From an uncultured Bacillales bacterium (GTDB lineage: Bacteria; Bacillota_I; Bacilli_A; RFN20; CAG-826): 40,785 nt of DNA. Made by a program: the position numbers and the translations under genes. Shown here one piece after another: positions 36,101-40,785 of the stretch. The notes under the pieces were generated by a model. It was not told where the DNA came from, made no database searches, and worked only from the letters and a program-made list of their open reading frames with translations. The stretch is from positions 1 through 40,785 of the forward strand of contig CAMOSS010000001.1 of assembly GCA_946625055.1 (NCBI GenBank). The letters are read 5' to 3'. Within the stretch, counting starts at the first letter, position 1. Every line of letters begins with the position of its first letter.

Positions 36101-37131
36101 CAGGTATCGGTAGTGAATTCCTAACAGGAACCACAATGACATATCTTTATATTCCATCTTCAGTCACAAAGATTGAAGAAGGTGCCTTCTCTAGTAACGA
36201 CCGCTTAACAATTTATTGTCAAGCTAGTAGTGAACCAGCTGGTTACTTAAGCGGATGGAATAAAGATGATAGACCAGTCTATTTCGGTGTTAATACAGAA
36301 ACATATGAAGCTAAAGATGACGTTGATTATGTCGTCGTTGGTGACCACGTTGTCGTCACAGGACATAATAGCAATCTTAAAGTTGTTGTCATCCCAGAAA
36401 CTATTAAAGGTTTACCAGTTACTGAAATTGGCAAGAACGCTTTCGCCCATAGTGAAAACTTGGTTTCTATTACCATTCCAGAATCAGTCACCACCATCGG
36501 TGAAAATGCCTTTGAAGGCTGTTCCAGCGCAAAGATTTACTGCAAAGTAAATGCTAAACCTGCAACATTTAACGATAACTGGAACCCAGATGATAGACCA
36601 GTCTACTTCGGTGTTAAAGATGAAACCGGATTAGTCACAATTAATGGTATCGAATATCTCCTCAGATCTGATGAAGCAAATTCTAAATCTGCGATGATTA
36701 CCGGTATTGTTAGTGATATTAATGAACTTATCGTTGGTCCAACAATTGAAATTGGCGGTATCCAATACTCAGTCAACAAGATTGGCGATTCTGCATTTGA
36801 AAACGCCAAGATTTCAAACATCAGACTTACTGGTTCTAACGTCTCTTACATCGGTAAAAACGCCTTTAGAGGATCAACATTAATCGGTAATGTTGTTCTT
36901 ACCACAAAGGTAAAATTCGTTGGTGAGAATGCCTTTGAAAAGACTTCAACAGCCTTAAAAGTGTTCGTTGAATATCCATTCTCTTCTGAGATTTATAAAT
37001 CTTGGGATGAAAATTGGAACAAAGGTTTAACAAACTACTACGTCGGTCTCGATCTCGTTTGGGAATATGACGAAAACAGAAATCCTGTTGTCAAACAAAC
37101 CGCAACCGATTCCAGCGAATCTGCTGAATAA
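33199..37131 (+). CDS. Membrane-anchored BspA-type leucine-rich-repeat (LRR_5-like) surface protein, 1310 aa
   Basis: AGGAGGTG Shine-Dalgarno. The ATG shares its A with the oppF TAA (TAATG). One N-terminal TM. Dozens of I-x-IP-x-V-x-x-IG-x-x-AF-x-x-C-x-x-L repeats. Confidence 0.85.
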   Translation: MARLVSELGADVIDDTVVPSKVNKRKRNFIVGFSALGVGIISLGLVYYFAVTDWLSDYQNMAYITYGLNIEPDADGPYKGQVTAYIRSIDNNSKYPSTFKIPAKINGHPITRIDDQAFLGCNRLKRVEMSNNITTIGDGAFLNCEKLESFKFSKNIEKIGNSAFDGTIYKENWKKNDVTYINSILVYVNEEKLLKDSGKSKLAFVASSDSEFVDVYKDDALVFDFSTLSPLGQNNSSVKVTKWMDGLFKDFSELIFVETPEYLSGVSSYAFQNCTNLEKAALNDTNTNIGEYAFDGCSNFSEVINLDVVKTIGKYAFQGTKISLTSLNEGVTSVGEGAFKGCKYITSMTIPSTITTIESRLFENTNLANVTFTEANNITTIGANAFRNTKLTNFRVPKEVKIINDNVFANCANLESVELYKSNITRIDSKAFYNSTKLHSIKRYDDNGAILASDTDDDTLYFPSSLVNTTNSSSGEEGSNFAKTSFKHVVIPTSVANIAASMFESCEKLEDVVYDDLSNSLMRTMGQKAFKGCTALTSFSFPNTVRQISSNAFNGCTSLVSVDLPERKNLTPVQIAALDTDTREYSSITNSMFAGCTALTTVTIPSTVSEIQTYAFRGCTALTRISIPKNVSTIKSNAFAECSSSLYISIEASSIPNRWSSDWNGKTNPAKYVTGSIGIEEEGDFLFSINSDGITATIVQYEGTSNDLVIPETIGTDNYRVTGINDNFMADDKLVALTSISLPSSLTDVGPNAFKALLDLEDETISTKDDGIKYLGNSTNPYVVALAKDTKAENPTYKFDDNTRFIALALSNEIDSTNNTSNGNYLVSKTNDFFALKTVTQAMVSNTDRVTINNQTKLIVTNAFNGFDKEIALIIPGNVECIADSAIRDKRNTTIYAESATRPNGWDFKWNVQDAQAYWGTFGPINNSTFKACENTDHTARLLKFTSPSERETIPTSINSGVKDYSVTGIGSEFLTGTTMTYLYIPSSVTKIEEGAFSSNDRLTIYCQASSEPAGYLSGWNKDDRPVYFGVNTETYEAKDDVDYVVVGDHVVVTGHNSNLKVVVIPETIKGLPVTEIGKNAFAHSENLVSITIPESVTTIGENAFEGCSSAKIYCKVNAKPATFNDNWNPDDRPVYFGVKDETGLVTINGIEYLLRSDEANSKSAMITGIVSDINELIVGPTIEIGGIQYSVNKIGDSAFENAKISNIRLTGSNVSYIGKNAFRGSTLIGNVVLTTKVKFVGENAFEKTSTALKVFVEYPFSSEIYKSWDENWNKGLTNYYVGLDLVWEYDENRNPVVKQTATDSSESAE

Positions 37132-37139
37132 AATTAAAT

Positions 37140-37169
37140 GTGATGCATCGAAAGGTGCATCACTTTTTT
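37140..37169 (+). terminator. Rho-independent terminator ending the opp-LRR operon
   Basis: Stem GTGATGCA/TGCATCAC followed by T6. Confidence 0.8.
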
Positions 37170-37188
37170 AATAAATTAAAAGCGACCA

Positions 37189-38346
37189 TTAATGTCGCTT
37201 TTGGAAGTTCTTTAAGAATTCATCAAGTCTTTCATTTACTTTTTCTAAAGAGTAGATTGATAAGACTTTTTCTTTAGCTTTCTTAGCAATATCTTTTCTA
37301 GCTTTTTCTTTTAAATCAAGAGCCTCAAGCATTGCATTTCTAAGATCTTCAACTGAGTTAGATTCTACCCATATAGCATCACTTATTTCTGAGGCTAATT
37401 TTTGTTGCATGGTGGAAATAGTGAGAGAACCAGAGGAGAGATATTCGAATAACTTTGATGGAACAGAATATCTATTCAAATCTTGTGAGACTGGTCTCGG
37501 ATTGATATTTGCAATCGAATTAGATTGAAGAGTTAAAACCTTGGAGTGAGGAAGTGTACCTAAGTATTTAATGTTTTTCATCTTCTTGGTAGCTTCTTTT
37601 ATTTCTTCTTGGTTTACTGAGTGTCCAGCGATTAAGAGTTCATAGTTTAGACTATTAACGCCTCTAAAGGCTTTTATAAGATTATACACACCATATTTGT
37701 TTAACATTGAACCACTGTAGAAGAAATATGGTTTCTTTGGCTCTAAATTGATTTCTGGGCGATCTTTATCCACAAGACCCTCAATTACTAATGAATGTCT
37801 GAAATTCTCGTTATAGAGGTCATTTAAGTCTTCGGTTAAAGAAATATAGCCATCACAGTTTTTAGCGAGTTCAAATATCTTTAAAGCATAAGAACGCATG
37901 GTCCCATTAATATTGGAAGGCGAAGTGATACACACTCCGATAAGAGGGATACGATATTGTTCTTTTATTTTGGCCGCTAAAGTAAGACAAATAGGATTGA
38001 TTGTATCAACAAAGATAACGTAATCCTTTGTTATGGTTTTAGAGAGGCACTTTTTAAAGTCTCTCATCGCGTATTGTTTACGCATGAAACTTCCACCTTT
38101 AACAGTGGTGTAATGCCATGTGATATGATTATCAGCGACTTCCCTAAAAGGAAGAGATTTTACAGAACAAAGTTTTCTAGATAATGGTCTGATAGATAAA
38201 ACATCTACATCATGTGTTAAGGAAAGCGATCTAATCATCTTGTTGTTAAAGATTTGATTAGATGGATTTGGTTGAATTGACCACAACTTTGAAAAAAGTC
38301 GATAGTCTTCTTGTTCCATTGCAGTGGTGATATAAAGGATTTTCAT
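37189..38346 (-). CDS. GT-B fold glycosyltransferase (family 4-like)
   Basis: C-terminal SVPSKLFEYLSSG (E-x7-E-type region), about 385 aa, with a typical GT4 layout. Confidence 0.7.
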   Translation of the reverse strand: MKILYITTAMEQEDYRLFSKLWSIQPNPSNQIFNNKMIRSLSLTHDVDVLSIRPLSRKLCSVKSLPFREVADNHITWHYTTVKGGSFMRKQYAMRDFKKCLSKTITKDYVIFVDTINPICLTLAAKIKEQYRIPLIGVCITSPSNINGTMRSYALKIFELAKNCDGYISLTEDLNDLYNENFRHSLVIEGLVDKDRPEINLEPKKPYFFYSGSMLNKYGVYNLIKAFRGVNSLNYELLIAGHSVNQEEIKEATKKMKNIKYLGTLPHSKVLTLQSNSIANINPRPVSQDLNRYSVPSKLFEYLSSGSLTISTMQQKLASEISDAIWVESNSVEDLRNAMLEALDLKEKARKDIAKKAKEKVLSIYSLEKVNERLDEFLKNFQKRH

Positions 38347-38401
38347 AAGGTGCTTAAATAATAGACCTACACAATAAAAATTACAAATAATTTTTGCCTA
38401 G

Positions 38402-38410
38402 TGATACAAT
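38402..38410 (+). promoter_or_regulatory. Extended -10 promoter (TGaTACAAT) 6 nt before the ATG; leaderless-type
   Basis: TGATACAAT at 38402-38410 and ATG at 38417. This is the same 9-mer and spacing as at 3582. Confidence 0.55.
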
Positions 38411-38416
38411 ATCCAT

Positions 38417-39079
38417 ATGAACACCTGGAAAGAATTCTTTGAAGAAATAAAAGAGAAAGACTATTCAAAATCTCTTCACGAGTTTTTGAATAAAGAATAC
38501 TCTGAACACGAATGTTATCCACCAAGGAAACTCCTTTTTAACGCGTTTGATAAGACCAGATTTGATAATGTTAAGGTTGTTATTATTGGTCAAGATCCAT
38601 ATCACGAACCAAAGCAAGCCATGGGTATGTCTTTTTCTGTTCCAGAAGGAGTTATAGTTCCTCCATCTCTAGTCAACATCTATAAAGAAATCGAAAAAGA
38701 ATATGGATGTCCGATGAATTATAGTAGTGGAGATTTAACCTATTTAGCTGAACAAGGAGTATTGCTCTTAAACGCGATACTTTCTGTGCGTGCGCATATG
38801 CCTTTGAGTCATAATATTGATGAATATAAGAAGTTCTTAATGGATACGATTGCATATTTAGAAAGAAGCGACGCTCCAATTGTCTATATGCTATGGGGCG
38901 GAAATGCTAAAAAGCTAAAACCAGCAATCACAAATCCACATCATTTAATCTTAGAATCTGTCCATCCATCACCATTAAGTGCGAATAGAGGTGGATGGTT
39001 TGGAAACAACCATTTCAAACTCGCGAATGAATATCTTGTTAAGAATGGTATAAGCCCTATTGATTGGCAAAATAGGTAG
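38417..39079 (+). CDS. ung: Uracil-DNA glycosylase (family 1)
   Basis: GQDPYH water-activating loop and HPSPLS leucine-intercalation loop. Confidence 0.93.
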   Translation: MNTWKEFFEEIKEKDYSKSLHEFLNKEYSEHECYPPRKLLFNAFDKTRFDNVKVVIIGQDPYHEPKQAMGMSFSVPEGVIVPPSLVNIYKEIEKEYGCPMNYSSGDLTYLAEQGVLLLNAILSVRAHMPLSHNIDEYKKFLMDTIAYLERSDAPIVYMLWGGNAKKLKPAITNPHHLILESVHPSPLSANRGGWFGNNHFKLANEYLVKNGISPIDWQNR

Positions 39080-39091
39080 TGCTATTATTTT

Positions 39092-39176
39092 ATGTGGGAG
39101 CTGGGAGAACCCGGCTGAGAGGATTCTGATACTGAATCGACCGTACCTGATCCAGATAATGCTGGCGTAGGAGATT
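39092..39176 (+). promoter_or_regulatory. TPP (THI-box) riboswitch aptamer
   Basis: CTGAGA ... ACCTGATCCAGATAATGCTGGCGTAGGAGA matches the THI-box core. The downstream gene is ThiT-like. Confidence 0.9.
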
Positions 39177-39183
39177 GTTTTTA

Positions 39184-39207
39184 ACTCCTCACCAGAGGAG
39201 GTTTTTT
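39184..39207 (+). terminator. Riboswitch expression platform: a hairpin that sequesters the Shine-Dalgarno and is followed by T6
   Basis: Stem ACTCCTC/GAGGAGG(T) with loop ACCA. The T-run ends directly at ATG 39208. Confidence 0.7.
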
Positions 39208-40311
39208 ATGGAAAATAAGAAAAATAATCAAAATTTTAGGGAGTTTTACGGGAAATTTGGCTATATTTTCGGAATAGTTTTCGCAATTGCAGCCGTTTTA
39301 TTTTTGTTTGCTCCAGTCGTTTCTTTTGAAATTAGAGAAAGAGTGTATGATGCCTTAAATGAGCAGGTTTCTAAAACCGATTACGCTTATAATATGAATC
39401 TCATTTCCTATTTCACAACAGGATATAAACTCAATTTCACAATGTATATTGTTTTAGGCCTTGCACTCGGTGGTATCATTTTCATAATCCTTGGTAAATT
39501 TGTGAAAACCGATCTTCTTACAGTTGCTGTCATGTGCTTTGCTGTTATGATTTGTTTCCTTATTTTAGCTAGAGAATTTTTCGCTGCTGAAGAAAACGAT
39601 GTATTGTCAAATTGCATTGTCGTTGGCAAGGATGTTCCACCTGGAGGAATTGTTGTTCCAGAGACACATGGCGCTCAAATTGCCTGGGGTGGTGCTGTAT
39701 CAATCTTCTTTGCTTCTTTAGCCTTTATGGTTTCATTATCTTGCAACCTACAAAGTGTAGAATTTTCCGTTAGAGATATCGCTGAAGAAGCTATCATGAT
39801 TGCCCTTGCTTTCGGGCTTAACTTTATTAAGATTCCTGTCACTGCAACCGGTGGTTCAGTCAATTTCCAAATGTTCCCATTAATGATTATTGCTCTTAGA
39901 CATGGCCCATCACACGGATTTGTTTGTGGTGGTATCGTTTATGGACTCTTAACTTGCTTAACAGATGGTTATGGTTTTGCTACTTATCCATTTGATTACC
40001 TTATTGGATTTGGTTCAGTAGCGGTTGTTGGATATTTCAGACGTTTCATCTTTTCTCCAGAACAAAAGACCTACAACATTAAGGGTTTGTTGTTCTTGCT
40101 ATTAGCAGGTTTGTTATCAACAATGGTTAGATTTGTTGGTGGCACAACATCATCAATGGTTATCTACGGATATGACTTAAAAGCCGCGATGATCTATAAC
40201 TCACTTTATGTCTTATTATCTGGTGTTGCTGGTTTTGGTATTATCATGGCGATGTACGGACCACTTTTACACATCAATAACATGTTCCCGGTGAAGAGAA
40301 ATACTTATTAA
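39208..40311 (+). CDS. thiT: ThiT-type (ECF S-component-like) thiamine transporter fused to an N-terminal membrane extension of about 190 aa
   Basis: The C-terminal half (GGSVNFQMFPLMIIALRHG...) resembles B. subtilis YuaJ/ThiT. The start is set at the ATG after the Shine-Dalgarno, not the TTG at 39175. Confidence 0.75.
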   Translation: MENKKNNQNFREFYGKFGYIFGIVFAIAAVLFLFAPVVSFEIRERVYDALNEQVSKTDYAYNMNLISYFTTGYKLNFTMYIVLGLALGGIIFIILGKFVKTDLLTVAVMCFAVMICFLILAREFFAAEENDVLSNCIVVGKDVPPGGIVVPETHGAQIAWGGAVSIFFASLAFMVSLSCNLQSVEFSVRDIAEEAIMIALAFGLNFIKIPVTATGGSVNFQMFPLMIIALRHGPSHGFVCGGIVYGLLTCLTDGYGFATYPFDYLIGFGSVAVVGYFRRFIFSPEQKTYNIKGLLFLLLAGLLSTMVRFVGGTTSSMVIYGYDLKAAMIYNSLYVLLSGVAGFGIIMAMYGPLLHINNMFPVKRNTY

Positions 40312-40334
40312 AAGTATCAAAATTACAAAAAATT

Positions 40335-40395
40335 ACGCCTCGTCTATCTTTGCTTTCATAAATATGATATATTTGAAAGCAGCGAGGTGTTTTTT
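40335..40395 (+). terminator. Long compound hairpin followed by T5, with the next gene's Shine-Dalgarno in its 3' arm
   Basis: Outer stem ACGCCTCG/CGAGGTGT and inner stem TGCTTTCA/TGAAAGCA. T5 abuts ATG 40396. Confidence 0.55.
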
Positions 40396-40785
40396 ATGGA
40401 AGAAGAAAAAATTGAAAATATTCCTGAAGAAGTTAAAGAAGAACAACCAGCAGAAGAACCTGTTGAAGAAGTAGCTTCTAAAGAAGAACCACAAAAAGAC
40501 AGTATCGACGCTTTATTATCATCAACCGAAGTTGAAGTTAAAAAAGAAGAACCAGATGGTAGACCATATAATGAAGTAATCGAAGAGTCTAGAAAAGATA
40601 TTTTACAAGCTTACAAAAAACAAAGAATGATCAGTAACATCTCAATGGTCGTGGCAGTTGTTATTCTTGTTGGAGCATTCATCATGATTCTTCAAAGGAA
40701 GTCATTATTTGTTGCTCTTGGATATTCATTAGCAGGTGCGACTTTAGTCGCAATGATCGTGTTCTATTTCGTTACAAGAAATAGA
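40396..40785 (+). CDS. Hypothetical membrane protein with an acidic N-terminal tail; partial, continues beyond the window end
   Basis: GAGGTG Shine-Dalgarno. The frame is open to the window end. A Glu-rich N-terminus is followed by TM segments. Confidence 0.55.
   Translation, partial: MEEEKIENIPEEVKEEQPAEEPVEEVASKEEPQKDSIDALLSSTEVEVKKEEPDGRPYNEVIEESRKDILQAYKKQRMISNISMVVAVVILVGAFIMILQRKSLFVALGYSLAGATLVAMIVFYFVTRNR

Noticed and set aside
1-40785. CRISPR arrays, tRNA or rRNA genes, IS elements, and TGA-as-Trp recoding.
   Set aside because: By eye, no regularly spaced direct repeats, cloverleaf-like sequences or transposase-like ORFs were seen. Conserved proteins terminate correctly at TGA (rlmH) and use TGG for Trp, so the standard code applies.

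Overview
This is an AT-rich chromosomal segment read with the standard genetic code; TGA acts as a stop (for example at the end of rlmH). My guess, by inference only, is a Mollicutes/Erysipelotrichia-type low-GC bacterium, possibly Acholeplasma-like. The grounds are several Cys-lipobox lipoproteins, an oversized OppA, an OppF with an N-terminal extension and a BspA-type LRR surface protein.

The conserved core consists of:
- gdpP-rplI-dnaB-MBL hydrolase-rlmH (16.1-21.4 kb)
- tmRNA ssrA (23.07-23.46 kb)
- an oppABCDF operon (26.0-33.2 kb) with a 1310-aa LRR protein gene overlapping the oppF stop
- ung
- a TPP riboswitch controlling a ThiT-type thiamine transporter

The rest is accessory or metabolic:
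- an orphan AbiEii-like nucleotidyltransferase at the left edge
- three further lipoproteins, one of them lipase-like
- a DNA alkylation repair protein
- two YwaF/TMEM164-like paralogs, one overlapping an acyltransferase_3 gene
- a membrane GGDEF cyclase
- an aldo-keto reductase, an Fe-alcohol dehydrogenase and a GPH sugar symporter
- a metallophosphoesterase with an unassigned N-terminal domain
- galM and a GT4 glycosyltransferase
- a module of membrane-anchored XRE regulator, 39-aa hyper-acidic micro-ORF and small membrane protein

I found no tRNA, rRNA, CRISPR array, transposase, integrase or prophage genes.

I could not identify one clear-cut novel multi-gene system. The most unusual observations are:
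- a recurrent 'extended -10 then ATG' architecture implying leaderless mRNAs
- the untracked micro-ORF module
- the opp-LRR coupling
- the YwaF-acyltransferase pair
- an orphan terminator and non-coding stretch next to the orphan NTase

All family assignments come from motif recognition by eye, not from database searches.
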